In this document: piece after piece, positions 35,186 to 45,790 of the stretch | Layout: each line of letters opens with the position of its first letter | How positions within the stretch are numbered: position 1 is the stretch's first letter | Sequence record: KC710998 | Length of the DNA: 51,821 bases | Reading direction: 5' to 3' (one strand) | Source: Shigella phage pSf-1 | Made by a program: the position numbers and the translations under genes | The notes under the pieces: model-generated | Database searches by the model: none | What the model saw: the letters and a program-made list of their open reading frames with translations, nothing else | What the model was told of the DNA's origin: nothing

Positions 35186-35503
35186 ATGTCAAAAATGAAA
35201 TTGACGATTGGGCCGCTTCCTGACTTTAAATTACCAGTGAAATTTGCAATGCCTAACGGAGAAGATCAAACAATTATCTTCACAGTTCGCCACCGCAAAA
35301 CAAGTGAGATTCACGAGCGCTACACGTCAGATACTCCAATGAGCGATGTTGAAATGATCACCTTCCTTGCTTCCGGTTGGAATCTTGATGATGAATTTAA
35401 CGAAGAAAATATTAAACAGCTTCTTGATTACTACCCAGCGACAGCAATCGGATTAACTAGCGCATACATGAAAGCGCTTGCGGGGCAGCGAGTAAAAAAC
35501 TAA
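35186..35503 (+). CDS. tail assembly chaperone G-like
   Basis: 105 aa, AAGGGGAAAG RBS; ends at slippery heptamer. Confidence 0.55.
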   Translation: MSKMKLTIGPLPDFKLPVKFAMPNGEDQTIIFTVRHRKTSEIHERYTSDTPMSDVEMITFLASGWNLDDEFNEENIKQLLDYYPATAIGLTSAYMKALAGQRVKN

Positions 35504-35814
35504 AAAGGGCGGTTTACCTGTTTTATCAGAAACCGCCGACAGATGCAGAGCTTGAGGCCGTTGGCCTTACAAGGGCAGACTATGAAGGAGAAGATCCGCC
35601 AGAGGTTATATTTGATGAAAGCATGATGCAATCATGGGATATATTTTGCGCAATGCAAACGCAATGGAGATGTTCTGGCGGTGGCGCTTACGGGTTTGAT
35701 TATAATGTCTTGCCTATGCTTTTTGAGATTTACAAGGTTGAGGATCGCGAGATGGCGCTAAACGACTTGCGAATCATGGAGCAAAAAGCACTTGAAATGA
35801 TGCATTCAAAATAA
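35186..35814 (+). CDS. tail assembly chaperone GT-like fusion (programmed -1 frameshift product)
   Basis: -1 frame is open from slippery site A_AAA_AAC (35494..35500) through ORF 35623..35814. Confidence 0.5.
35494..35500 (+). promoter_or_regulatory. -1 ribosomal frameshift slippery heptamer A AAA AAC
   Basis: XXXYYYZ heptamer immediately before G stop codon. Confidence 0.5.
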
Positions 35815-35853
35815 GCGCCTACGGGCGCTTTTTTATTACCTGGAGGATTAATA

Positions 35854-38526
35854 ATGTCAGAACAATACGCAGGCTTGACGCTTGGGGTTGACGTTTCTCA
35901 ACTCAACAATGCTGTAAAGTCTTTGCAGCAATTCAAGAAGGCAAACGACGACGCAAAGGGAAGCGTTGAGAGTTTTGTTGATTCAGAGGTTGTTGCAAGA
36001 CAAAGAGCCAAACAACTGGCTGAGGAATTGGCAAAGCAGAAGCAAGAATTTAAAGCAATTCAGTCGGCAATAGATCCGACAGCAAGCAAAATGGATAAGT
36101 TGCGCCAGGCGGCAACACAGCTTGATGCGCTTTGGAAAAAAGGAATTGTGCCGGATGATACATTCTTTGAGTTAGGATCAATTCTTGAGACGCAGCAAAA
36201 CAAACTGATCGCAACTAAAAAGGCGCTAACTGAAGAAGGCCGCGCGGCGCTTGAGGAAGCAAAAAACAAGGCAAGGGCAGAGGCTGAGGCAAGAAAGTTT
36301 ATTGCGGCATTGCAGGCGCAAGCTGACGCAGCGGAAAAAACAAAATCAGAGCTTGTCGAAATGAGAGCCGCACAACTTGGAGTTAGTGCAGAGGCAGCGC
36401 CATTTATTGCAAAAATGAAGGAGCAGGAAAAACAAGCCTCAAAACTTGGCGTTTCTATGGGGCAGTACAAGCAAGCAATGGCGCAATTGCCAATGCAGAT
36501 CACTGACGTTGTTACTTCTCTTGCTTCAGGTATGCCAGTATGGATGATCGCAATCCAGCAGGGTGGGCAAATCAAGGACTCATTCGGCGGTGTTGCTAAT
36601 ACGTTTAAAGCGCTAATGACATTTGTCACGCCTTTAAGTGTAGGAATGACGGCGCTGACTGGTGCTCTTGGTTATGCTGCATATAATGCATACAAAGCAA
36701 ATGCACAATTGAAGGAGATCACAAAAACCGTTCAGGAGGCAACAGGTCTTTCCGGTGAGTTTGCAGAGCGGATCGCAACTGGAATCCAAGCGCTATCTGA
36801 CAAGACAGGAGAGAGCGCCGACAATCTGGCAAAGGCATACATAAGCACTAAGGATGGAGCAACCGAGGCCATACAAAAACTCGTCGATGTTGGATTTACC
36901 TATGACGAAGCAAAGGCAAAAGTAAACGAATACAAAAACGCATCAAGTTTTGTAAGTCTTAACAATGAAATTGCTGATCACAAAAACAAGGTTCTTGAGC
37001 TTGGCGATTCATGGTATGCGGTCTTAAAAGCAAAACGTGATTATGCTTCACCGTCCGGCGGGCTGTTGGGGAAAGAGCTTGGTTATGTGAATCCAATGCT
37101 GCAATTTGCGAAGAACACCTATGAGGATATAGGAAAGATTGTAAAAGATGCGAATAAGGATATGGCGGAACGAGCAGCACGCATCGACAGAGAAAACCTT
37201 TCCTTAAACAGAGTTCGAGCGGCGCAAGAGGCTTTAAACAAAGCCATAGAGGATCAGAAGAACGTAGCAAGGACAGCAGACGAAGAGTTGAAAAAGCGCG
37301 CGGCTGAGAACGTGGAGTTCAGGCGAAAAGAGCTTGAAGAGGCGAAGAAGGCGCAGCAGCAAAAGGAAAAAGTTGGTGGAGTTGTAAAAGCACCAACAGA
37401 GCAGCTTGATAAGGAGCTATATGTTCTCAAGGCGCAACTTGAAACGCTGAAAGAGCACCGAACTGTAAATGATGTTATTTCACGCCAGAGGCAATCTTTG
37501 TGGAGCATTGAAAAGCAGATCCAGATCCTGGAGGAAGCGCAAAGCAAACGCAAGCTGACAAAGGCTGAACAGGCGTTACTAAACGAGCAAAAAGCAGTTA
37601 TTGCTATGGCAAAAGAAAAGGCCGAGATAGGCGATCAGATTGTTTTGCAACAAAGAAAGAACAAGCAATACCAGGAAGGGCTTAAATTCATTCAGCAAAC
37701 ATCAGATGCTATTGACGCTATGAACTTGCGACAGTCTGGAGCTACAGATCTGCAAATCCAGCGAGAGCTTGAGTTGAAGAAGTTGCGAACTGATTATGTT
37801 GCTGGCGGCGGTAGTATCGACGATGAAATTTATCAGCAGATGGAAGCAAAGCTGAAAGAGTATTACGCAACTGAGGATCAACTTAGAAATAACTGGATTG
37901 CAGGAGCAAAAAACGCATGGGAGGTTTACGGACAAGATGCAATGGATATGTACGGAAACGTGCAAGATATTGCAAGCGAGGCGCTCAACGGTCTAACCAA
38001 CCAAATGGCTACATTCCTTGCAACAGGCAAGGCAAACTTTAAGAGCTTCGCAACGTCAATCATCCAAATGATTATCCAGATGATCACGAAGATGGTTATC
38101 TTTAATGCCATATCTGGTGCGATTGGAGGTGACACTTGGACGATTGGAAGCCTTCTTAAAAATGTTGGATTTGCAACTGGTGGATACACTGGCGACGGCG
38201 GGAAGTATGAGCCAGCAGGTGTTGTTCATAAAGGCGAGTTTGTCATGACGAAGGAGGCCACGAAGCGGATCGGAGTTGGAAACCTTTACAAAATGATGCG
38301 CGGTTATGCAAATGGCGGCGTTGTTGGCGGCACTTCATACACTGGCGGCGGCGTTTCATCAGGAGCAACAAACCTTAATATTGGTGGGATTAGCGTTGAT
38401 ATTAACAACGGAAACGATCCGAAGGGGTTAGAGACTGGCGTAAAAATGATTTTCACTGATATGATTAAGCGTTCCTGTACGCAGGGTGGGGAAGTTTACG
38501 AATTTGTTATGTCTAAGCGGGGGTGA
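35854..38526 (+). CDS. tape measure protein
   Basis: 890 aa, Ala/Lys/Glu-rich predicted coiled coil, Gly-rich C-terminal region, position after G/T. Confidence 0.75.
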   Translation: MSEQYAGLTLGVDVSQLNNAVKSLQQFKKANDDAKGSVESFVDSEVVARQRAKQLAEELAKQKQEFKAIQSAIDPTASKMDKLRQAATQLDALWKKGIVPDDTFFELGSILETQQNKLIATKKALTEEGRAALEEAKNKARAEAEARKFIAALQAQADAAEKTKSELVEMRAAQLGVSAEAAPFIAKMKEQEKQASKLGVSMGQYKQAMAQLPMQITDVVTSLASGMPVWMIAIQQGGQIKDSFGGVANTFKALMTFVTPLSVGMTALTGALGYAAYNAYKANAQLKEITKTVQEATGLSGEFAERIATGIQALSDKTGESADNLAKAYISTKDGATEAIQKLVDVGFTYDEAKAKVNEYKNASSFVSLNNEIADHKNKVLELGDSWYAVLKAKRDYASPSGGLLGKELGYVNPMLQFAKNTYEDIGKIVKDANKDMAERAARIDRENLSLNRVRAAQEALNKAIEDQKNVARTADEELKKRAAENVEFRRKELEEAKKAQQQKEKVGGVVKAPTEQLDKELYVLKAQLETLKEHRTVNDVISRQRQSLWSIEKQIQILEEAQSKRKLTKAEQALLNEQKAVIAMAKEKAEIGDQIVLQQRKNKQYQEGLKFIQQTSDAIDAMNLRQSGATDLQIQRELELKKLRTDYVAGGGSIDDEIYQQMEAKLKEYYATEDQLRNNWIAGAKNAWEVYGQDAMDMYGNVQDIASEALNGLTNQMATFLATGKANFKSFATSIIQMIIQMITKMVIFNAISGAIGGDTWTIGSLLKNVGFATGGYTGDGGKYEPAGVVHKGEFVMTKEATKRIGVGNLYKMMRGYANGGVVGGTSYTGGGVSSGATNLNIGGISVDINNGNDPKGLETGVKMIFTDMIKRSCTQGGEVYEFVMSKRG

Positions 38527-38879
38527 TAGTGAAACTTGAGCAATTCAAATGGTGCACGCAAACGCAAGGAGGCGGCGGCACTATGACCACATCAAATAAC
38601 GACAGGGAAATCTCATTTGGTAATGGTTACACGCAGGTTGCTTCAGGAGGGTTTAACACGGTACGCAGGGAGTTTTCCATTGTCTATGTTGGCAATGATT
38701 ACAGAGACGTTGTTGACTTCCTGAATGGACACAGGCTGAAGCCGTTTTTATGGTTTATGCCTGACGGTCAACCTGGTCTATTCAGGGTAAAATCTGGTAG
38801 CGTTGGATTAACTCCAATATCAGCAACCGTTCAGGAAGTGAAAGCAACATTTACTGAGCAATTTACATCAATGCAATAA
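38523..38879 (+). CDS. minor tail protein (lambda M-like)
   Basis: 118 aa directly after tape measure. Confidence 0.5.
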   Translation: MIVKLEQFKWCTQTQGGGGTMTTSNNDREISFGNGYTQVASGGFNTVRREFSIVYVGNDYRDVVDFLNGHRLKPFLWFMPDGQPGLFRVKSGSVGLTPISATVQEVKATFTEQFTSMQ

Positions 38880-38882
38880 TTC

Positions 38883-38907
38883 AAGCCGCCTTTGTGCGGC
38901 TTTTTTA
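38883..38907 (+). terminator. rho-independent terminator
   Basis: AAGCCGC-ctttgt-GCGGCTT + T6. Confidence 0.55.
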
Positions 38908-38940
38908 TTGATGATACAATGCACGAAAGGAGGTGCAATT

Positions 38941-39702
38941 ATGGCTAATGAAACAACAGGTCGCGCGGATCTTGAAAATTGTCTGCAAAGCCTTTACCCT
39001 GGCGAGATTATCACGCTAATTGAGATTGACGGCACAAAGTTTGGCGCAAACATTTACCGCATACACAATGAGAACATCTCATACACTGCGGAAGAATTAT
39101 TGCAGGCGCGAGAAACTGGAGTTCTTCCGCCGAAAGAGATTACATTCCGTGGCGAGGTTTACGGCGCGCGCCCGTTTGGAATATCTGGAATCAACTTCAC
39201 AAGCAACGGAAAGGCTGATAAGCCACAATTGATACTATCAAACCTTGATAGCCAGGTGAGCGCGATGATTCGCAACTTTAACGGCATGATGCAAGCTAAG
39301 GTTACAATCTGGATCACGCCAGCGGAATTAATGGGGAAAGATGGCAGCATTAAAGATGGAGCCTCAAGAAAGCTGGTTTACTACATTGAGCGCCCAAGCC
39401 ATTACAATAGAATGATGGCGAAATTTGACCTGACATCGCCTTATGATATGGATGGAATAATGATTCCTCCGCGAATAACTCAAAGCGTTTGTTATTGGGC
39501 GCAGCGTGGATGGTATCGAAGCGGAAAAGGTTGCGGATACAATGGATCGCGAATGTTTGACAAAGACAACAATCCTGTAACAGATCCATCTCAAGACTTT
39601 TGCGCAGGAACTGTAACAGCGTGCAAACTTCGTTTTGGTGCAGATCAGCAGCTTGATTTTGGCGGTGCACCAGTAGCAAGCCTGTTAAGGAGAAATCAGT
39701 GA
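38941..39702 (+). CDS. minor tail protein (lambda L-like)
   Basis: start ATG 38941 with AGGAGGTG RBS (track ORF from 38908); position. Confidence 0.55.
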   Translation: MANETTGRADLENCLQSLYPGEIITLIEIDGTKFGANIYRIHNENISYTAEELLQARETGVLPPKEITFRGEVYGARPFGISGINFTSNGKADKPQLILSNLDSQVSAMIRNFNGMMQAKVTIWITPAELMGKDGSIKDGASRKLVYYIERPSHYNRMMAKFDLTSPYDMDGIMIPPRITQSVCYWAQRGWYRSGKGCGYNGSRMFDKDNNPVTDPSQDFCAGTVTACKLRFGADQQLDFGGAPVASLLRRNQ

Positions 39703-40433
39703 TGATTAGTGCAAAAATAAAACTTGAAATAATGCAGCACGTAAAAGATGAATACCCGCGCGAGGCGTGCGGGGTTATCACTCAAAAATCACGCGTGCAA
39801 AAATACCACCGCATAACCAACGTGCATGATGATCCTGAAAATCATTTTGAGATGGACGCAATTGAATATGTTGAAGCGTGTGAAAGTGGCGAGCTTATTG
39901 CTGTTGTGCATAGCCACACTGGAGACGGGGCAAGTACAATTCCAAGCTCCCATGATACATGCATGTGTGATGAAATGGGTGTTTCATGGGTTATTGTGTC
40001 ATGGCCCGAAGGTGATATGAGAATAATTGAGCCTGAATCTCGTCCTCTGATTGGTCGCCCGTGGTCGCTTGGGGCGTATGATTGCTGGGGGCTTATTATG
40101 GCATGGCATAAGCAACATGGCGTTATCCTGAATGATTTCAGGAAACCATATGAATGGTGGAAGCATGAGCACGGCGAAAATCTTTACCAGGAAAATTATC
40201 TGAAAGAGGGTTTTGTTGAAACAGGAGAGCCGCCAAAACCTGGTGATATGGTTATCTTTCAGCTTTCCGCGCCAGTGTGGAATCATGCAGGCATTTATCT
40301 TGGGAACAATCAGTTGCTTCATCATGCCTTTGGTAAGTTGTCGAGGGTTGATTTGTATTCTGGATGGTATCAGGAACATGCAAAAATGGTTTGTAGACAT
40401 AAGGATCTGAAATATGACTTTGAAGGTAATTAA
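39702..40433 (+). CDS. tail assembly protein K-like (JAB/MPN + NlpC/P60)
   Basis: JAMM motif HSHTGDGASTIPSSHD; NlpC/P60-type Cys in YDCWGLI. Confidence 0.7.
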   Translation: MISAKIKLEIMQHVKDEYPREACGVITQKSRVQKYHRITNVHDDPENHFEMDAIEYVEACESGELIAVVHSHTGDGASTIPSSHDTCMCDEMGVSWVIVSWPEGDMRIIEPESRPLIGRPWSLGAYDCWGLIMAWHKQHGVILNDFRKPYEWWKHEHGENLYQENYLKEGFVETGEPPKPGDMVIFQLSAPVWNHAGIYLGNNQLLHHAFGKLSRVDLYSGWYQEHAKMVCRHKDLKYDFEGN

Positions 40434-41010
40434 ATTATCTGGATCTTTAGGCCGAAGATTTGGAGTATTTCATAAGATGGCTGTTGATTCATACCCAGAG
40501 GCAATACGCGCACTATCTTCGCAGGTGGAAGGATTCAAGGACTACATGCAAAGCGAAGTAGGATCGCGAATGCGTTACGCTGTATTTGTTGACGGTAAGA
40601 ATGTAGGACAGCACGATGAAAAAGCGTGGCAATGTGCAAAGGAAGTGAGGATTATTCCAATCCCAACAGGTTCAAAGTCTGGCGGGTTGTTTCAGGTTGT
40701 TCTTGGCGCGGTTATTATGGCGACTGCATTTTTCACTGGCGGCTCTTCACTTGCGTTAATGGGTGCTTTTGCATCGTCTGCTTTTATGATGGGTGGAGCA
40801 ATGGTACTTGGCGGAGTAATGCAAATGATCTCACCGCAGCAAGGAGGATCAAGATTGTCATCCCAATCAGCAGAAAACAAGCCGTCTTATGCTTTCGGTG
40901 GCGCTGTTAACACAACGGCAGCAGGATACCCAATACCATTGCCATATGGTCAAAGGACCGTCGGCGGAGCTATCTGGTCGGCTGGGAGTTATGCAGAAGA
41001 TAAGGCTTAA
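40414..41010 (+). CDS. tail assembly protein I-like
   Basis: position; Gly/Ala-rich hydrophobic C-terminal half. Confidence 0.5.
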   Translation: MTLKVIKLSGSLGRRFGVFHKMAVDSYPEAIRALSSQVEGFKDYMQSEVGSRMRYAVFVDGKNVGQHDEKAWQCAKEVRIIPIPTGSKSGGLFQVVLGAVIMATAFFTGGSSLALMGAFASSAFMMGGAMVLGGVMQMISPQQGGSRLSSQSAENKPSYAFGGAVNTTAAGYPIPLPYGQRTVGGAIWSAGSYAEDKA

Positions 41011-41019
41011 TATAAAAGA

Positions 41020-41046
41020 GTCGCGCGTTGCGCGGCTTTTTTTTTG
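41020..41046 (+). terminator. rho-independent terminator
   Basis: GTCGCGC-gtt-GCGCGGC + T9. Confidence 0.6.
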
Positions 41047-41090
41047 CCCGTATAATTCAACAAATCAAATAGCACAAAAGGTGAAAAAGC

Positions 41091-44000
41091 ATGGCTGAAA
41101 ATATGATAACGGGCAGTAAGGGTGGATCATCAAAACCTTATGTGCCAAAAGAGATGGAAGATAACCTGATCTCAATCAACAAAATCAAAATCCTTCTTGC
41201 CGTTTCCGATGGTGAGTGCGATCCAGATTTCACGCTTCGCGATCTGTATCTCGATGATGTTCCGGTAATTGCAGACGACGGAACTGTTAACTACCAGGGT
41301 GTGAAAGCTGAATTTCGACCTGGAACGCAGACGCAAGATTACATCCAGGGGTTTACTGACACATCAAGCGAAGTGACGCTGGCGCGTGACATTACTACAT
41401 CAAATCCTTATGTAATTTCTGTAACCAACAAAACATTATCGGCTATCAGAATCAAAATGCTAATGCCAACAGGCATCAAGCAAGAGGATAACGGCGATCT
41501 TGTCGGCGTTAAGGTTACTTATGCTGTTGATATGGCTGTTGACGGAGACTCTTACAAAGAAGTATTGCTAGACACCATCGAAGGTAAAACGCGTTCCGGT
41601 TACGACAGAAGCCGAAGGATTGACCTTCCGGCATTTAATGATCGCGTATTGCTTAGGGTTAGAAGGGTTACGGCAGACAGCGCATCATCTCGCGTTACTG
41701 ATCTGATTAAGCTACAAAGTTACGCTGAGGTTATTGATGCAAAATTCCGTTATCCTCTGACTGGTCTTGTATACGTTGAATTTGACAGTGAGTTGTTCCC
41801 TAACCAGATCCCTAACATTTCAATCAAGAAGAAATGGAAGCTGATTAACGTTCCGAGTAACTACGATCCTGTTTTGAGAGAGTATCACGGTTCATGGGAT
41901 GGTACTTTCAAGAAAGCGTGGTCGAACAATCCGGCGTGGGTTCTTTATGACATTATCACAAACCAGCGATACGGATTAGATCAGCGAGAACTTGGTGTGC
42001 AGGTTGACAAATGGAGTCTTTACGAAGCGGCACAATACTGCGATCAGAAAGTGCCGGATGGAAAAGGCGGTACAGAGCCGCGTTATCTATGCGACGTTGT
42101 GATTCAAAGCCAGATTGAGGCTTATCAGCTTATTCGTGATATTTGCTCAATCTTCCGAGGCATGAGCTTTTGGAATGGCGAGAGCTTGTCAATCGTCATT
42201 GATAAGCCGCGCGATCCGTCGTACATCTTCACCAATGACAACGTTGTTGATGGTGATTTTCAGTACACAACAGCAAGCGAAAAGAGCATGTACACGCAGT
42301 GCAACGTGACGTTTGACGACGAACAAAACATGTATCAACAGGACGTAGAGGGCGTATTCGACACAGAGGCCGCATTGCGCTTTGGATACAATCCGACAAG
42401 CATAACAGCGATCGGATGTACACGCAGGAGTGAGGCTAATCGGCGCGGTCGATGGATACTAAAAACCAACTTGCGCAGCACTACGGTAAACTTTGCTACT
42501 GGACTGGAAGGCATGATCCCATCAATAGGTGATGTGATTGCTATTGCTGACAACTTTCACAGCAGCAACCTGAAGTTAAACCTGTCAGGGCGCGTGATGG
42601 AAGTTTCCGGCTTGCAGGTATTCGTTCCGTTTAAGATTGATGCTAGACCAGGTGATTTCATTATCATCAACAAGCCGGACGGTAAGCCAGTTAAGCGCAC
42701 AATCTCAAAGGTAAGCGGTGACGGAAAAACCATTGAGCTAAACATTGGGTTTGGGTTTGAAGTTAAACCTGACACGGTTTTTGCAATCGACCGCACTGAT
42801 ATTGCGTTGCAGCAATACGTTGTAACGAGTATCGGCAAAGGTGATGATGATGATGAATTTACATACTCCATCACGGCTGTTGAATATGACCCGAACAAAT
42901 ACGACGAGATTGATTACGGAGTAAACATTGACGACAGGCCAACTTCAATTGTCCAGCCTGACACAATGGCAGCACCGGAAAACGTGCAAATATCCTCATA
43001 CTCGCGAATTGTCCAGGGGGCAAGCGTTGAAACAATGGTTGTGTCGTGGGATAAAGTACCTTACGCATCGCTGTATGAAATGCAATGGCGAAAAGGTGAT
43101 GGCAACTGGCTGAATACACCACAGACCGCAAACAAAGAAATTGAGGTTGAAGGTATTTATTCAGGAAACTACCAGGTAAGGGTTAGATCTGTTTCTGCTT
43201 CCGGTTCCACATCGCCGTGGTCCAGAATTGTGACAGCTTCACTGACTGGTAAGGTAGGAGAGCCAGGTGCGCCAGTTAACTTAACTGCATCCGACAATGA
43301 GGTGTTTGGCATTCGTGTAAAATGGGGCATGCCTGAAGGGAGTGGAGACACTGCATACATTGAGCTTCATCAGTCGCCAGATGGAACAGCGGAAAACTCA
43401 AGCCTATTAACGCTGATCCCATACCCACAATATGAATACTGGCACGGGACGCTTCCGGCTGGTCATGTTGTCTGGTATAGGATTCGAAGCGTTGACAGAA
43501 TCGGCAACGTTTCCAGCTGGACTGATTTTGTTAGAGGCATGGCTTCAGATGATGTTGAGGCTGTTTTAGGCGATATTCTTGATAAGATTTTTGATACCGA
43601 AGCAGGAAAGGATCTGAAAGAGAATGCCATTGATAGCGCAAACAAAATCAAGGATCAGGCACAAAGCATCATTCAAAACGCATTGGCGAATGATACGGAC
43701 GTTAGGATTATGAGGAAGGAGAACGGAAAACGCAAAGCCGAGTTTAGACAATCAATCCAATTGATCGCAAGTGAAACTGAAGCGCGCGTTACCGCAATGA
43801 CGCAACTTAAGGCTGAATTTGACGATGAAATAACTAGCGAAGTAACGAGACTCGATCAGGCAATTGCAACAGAATCGGAAACGCGAGCAACAGCCATTGA
43901 GGAATTGAAATCACAGATTGGTGATGATATTCAGGGGCAATTAACGCGGGTTGAGGAAGCGATTGCAAACGAAACAGAGGCGCGCGTTTCGGCTGATACA

Positions 44001-44543
44001 GCATTAACAGCGAAGTTTGGAGATGTTGAATCAGCGCTTACAGAAAAACTTGATTCATGGGCTGGCGTTAATGGAGTTGGAGCACAGTACGCAATGAAAT
44101 TGGGATTGACCTACAACGGGCAGAAGTACAGCGCCGGAATGGTCATGCAGTTATCAAACAGCGCTCAAGGTTTGATTTCACAAATCCTTTTTGATGCTGG
44201 CAGATTTGCTATCATGACGAGTTCTACCGGAGGTTCGTATACATTGCCTTTTGTGGTCGAAAATAACCAAGTTTTCATCAATAGCTTGTTAGTTAAGGAT
44301 GGATCAATAAACAATGCGAAGATTGGAAACTTTATTCAGTCAAATAATTGGGATGGTAACAATGGTTGGCACATAAATAAAAATGGCGATGCGTATCTAA
44401 TGAACGCAACAGTTAGAGGTTCACTTTACGCATCAAACGGAAATTTTTCTTTTAATGGTACTAACAATACAGTTGTTATAAATAACAATGGTATAACTGT
44501 AAACCTTCCTAATGGCGGTCGCGTTGTTGTTGGTGTTTGGTAA
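41091..44543 (+). CDS. tail tip / host-specificity protein (lambda J-like)
   Basis: 1150 aa; N-terminus GSKGGSSKPYVPKEMEDNLISINKIKILLAVSDGE resembles J family start; GGTGAAAAAG RBS. Confidence 0.7.
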   Translation: MAENMITGSKGGSSKPYVPKEMEDNLISINKIKILLAVSDGECDPDFTLRDLYLDDVPVIADDGTVNYQGVKAEFRPGTQTQDYIQGFTDTSSEVTLARDITTSNPYVISVTNKTLSAIRIKMLMPTGIKQEDNGDLVGVKVTYAVDMAVDGDSYKEVLLDTIEGKTRSGYDRSRRIDLPAFNDRVLLRVRRVTADSASSRVTDLIKLQSYAEVIDAKFRYPLTGLVYVEFDSELFPNQIPNISIKKKWKLINVPSNYDPVLREYHGSWDGTFKKAWSNNPAWVLYDIITNQRYGLDQRELGVQVDKWSLYEAAQYCDQKVPDGKGGTEPRYLCDVVIQSQIEAYQLIRDICSIFRGMSFWNGESLSIVIDKPRDPSYIFTNDNVVDGDFQYTTASEKSMYTQCNVTFDDEQNMYQQDVEGVFDTEAALRFGYNPTSITAIGCTRRSEANRRGRWILKTNLRSTTVNFATGLEGMIPSIGDVIAIADNFHSSNLKLNLSGRVMEVSGLQVFVPFKIDARPGDFIIINKPDGKPVKRTISKVSGDGKTIELNIGFGFEVKPDTVFAIDRTDIALQQYVVTSIGKGDDDDEFTYSITAVEYDPNKYDEIDYGVNIDDRPTSIVQPDTMAAPENVQISSYSRIVQGASVETMVVSWDKVPYASLYEMQWRKGDGNWLNTPQTANKEIEVEGIYSGNYQVRVRSVSASGSTSPWSRIVTASLTGKVGEPGAPVNLTASDNEVFGIRVKWGMPEGSGDTAYIELHQSPDGTAENSSLLTLIPYPQYEYWHGTLPAGHVVWYRIRSVDRIGNVSSWTDFVRGMASDDVEAVLGDILDKIFDTEAGKDLKENAIDSANKIKDQAQSIIQNALANDTDVRIMRKENGKRKAEFRQSIQLIASETEARVTAMTQLKAEFDDEITSEVTRLDQAIATESETRATAIEELKSQIGDDIQGQLTRVEEAIANETEARVSADTALTAKFGDVESALTEKLDSWAGVNGVGAQYAMKLGLTYNGQKYSAGMVMQLSNSAQGLISQILFDAGRFAIMTSSTGGSYTLPFVVENNQVFINSLLVKDGSINNAKIGNFIQSNNWDGNNGWHINKNGDAYLMNATVRGSLYASNGNFSFNGTNNTVVINNNGITVNLPNGGRVVVGVW

Positions 44544-44547
44544 TGCA

Positions 44548-44572
44548 AAGGGGGCTTTTGCCCCCTTTTTTA
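44548..44572. terminator. bidirectional rho-independent terminator between convergent genes
   Basis: GGGGGC-tttt-GCCCCC flanked by A-run and T-run. Confidence 0.65.
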
Positions 44573-45535
44573 ATACATATTTGGAGTGAATGGTATAGGC
44601 ATTGAAATATTTATATTAAATGGAAATTGAGCGCCGCTCTGAGTAGAATAGTTACCTACCCTTGTTCCTGGGGTACTTCTTACGTTGCCACCACTCATGC
44701 ATACGCCCTTGTATCGAATGTTATTATATCCACCCGTAACTCTACATATTGTACCTGTTCTCAGTATTGGGAAAAATCCACCGCACCACTGCCAACCATC
44801 ATTTATCGCCATAGTCCCGCCAAGAACAAAAGGACGTCTAACGCTTGAGAAAACTATCTGACCAGCAGGATTGCTCATAGTGATTCCTGGTCCTGGAGGT
44901 GGTGGAGTGTTATTAAATATTACGAGTTGCACGTATACGCTCGCGCCAACGTCATCAATTCCGTTATAGTTTGCATCTCTGCACCATATCGTGTTGCCGT
45001 CAGATTCCAGAGTTACGTTTGGGTTATCCCACATTCCGAAAGGAACACCCTGGACTGGCAACTGAGCCTGACCGTTAACCTGGATTCCTCCAACAAATGC
45101 CGCGCTCATTAACCTGGCGTTGTTCGGTATTGATGCAAAGTCCGTTGAGTCGCTAACAAGTATCCCCTGATTACCCGCCTGAGCGGGGAGTATTTCGTAG
45201 CAGTTGCCGTAAAACCTCATTCTCCTTCCCCTGCTCCCGTTAAAATTACCTACCGTTATTCGACCAGTTGCGTCATTTACCTTTTGAAAGCTGGTTAAAT
45301 AATAAACTTCCGGTATGTAATCCATATCGTCGATATAAACGGCTTGAGATGGAAGGCAAAAAGCCGTTGATCCTGGACTCATTTGCAAACCAAAATCAAA
45401 TACTGATCCAGATGAATCAACTCCGTCGGCTTGTATAGGTCCACACCATGATGGGGCGCGAAGTCCCGATGTTATCTCCATTGCCGGACGACCGTCATTT
45501 AGGTTTATATATATTCCCTGCCCCATAATTACCAC
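44570..45535 (-). CDS. putative receptor-binding protein (inference from context)
   Basis: 321 aa, Gly/Asn/Ser-rich; co-oriented with and directly downstream of lipoprotein gene; convergent with J. Confidence 0.35.
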   Translation of the reverse strand: MVIMGQGIYINLNDGRPAMEITSGLRAPSWCGPIQADGVDSSGSVFDFGLQMSPGSTAFCLPSQAVYIDDMDYIPEVYYLTSFQKVNDATGRITVGNFNGSRGRRMRFYGNCYEILPAQAGNQGILVSDSTDFASIPNNARLMSAAFVGGIQVNGQAQLPVQGVPFGMWDNPNVTLESDGNTIWCRDANYNGIDDVGASVYVQLVIFNNTPPPPGPGITMSNPAGQIVFSSVRRPFVLGGTMAINDGWQWCGGFFPILRTGTICRVTGGYNNIRYKGVCMSGGNVRSTPGTRVGNYSTQSGAQFPFNINISMPIPFTPNMY

Positions 45536-45759
45536 TCTTTAGTTTTGATTGATACCTTGCCGCTAAAGTTGCCCTGGACGTCATCGGATGACAGACCTTT
45601 GAATCGCATATCTATTTCGCCAGCCGGAATCTTCTGACCATCAACTAATCGCACCATGCAAGATCCGTAAGTGTAAGTAACACAGTCGCCATTTTTAAGA
45701 TTCTGAGCACAACCAGTCAGGGCAACGGCTGCAATCAAAACGGCGATTAACTCTTTCAT
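45529..45759 (-). CDS. small lipoprotein, Llp/Cor-like superinfection-exclusion candidate
   Basis: signal peptide + lipobox LTGC at residues 14-17; 76 aa; AAGGAG RBS. Confidence 0.5.
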   Translation of the reverse strand: MKELIAVLIAAVALTGCAQNLKNGDCVTYTYGSCMVRLVDGQKIPAGEIDMRFKGLSSDDVQGNFSGKVSIKTKEW

Positions 45760-45790
45760 CTTGGTATCTCCTTCGTTGTTGTTGGTTGCA

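Noticed and set aside
36060-36629. 189-aa minus-strand ORF inside the tape measure gene (also 36959..37553, 37702..38189)
   Set aside because: Antisense to a long, compositionally biased (Ala/Lys/Glu-rich) gene; such regions commonly give long spurious antisense frames; Ser/Ala/Cys-rich nonsense-like translation.
42229-43751. Several ORFs of 60-110 aa antisense or out of frame within the J-like gene
   Set aside because: Embedded in a 1150-aa ORF with a recognisable N-terminus; no independent start signals.
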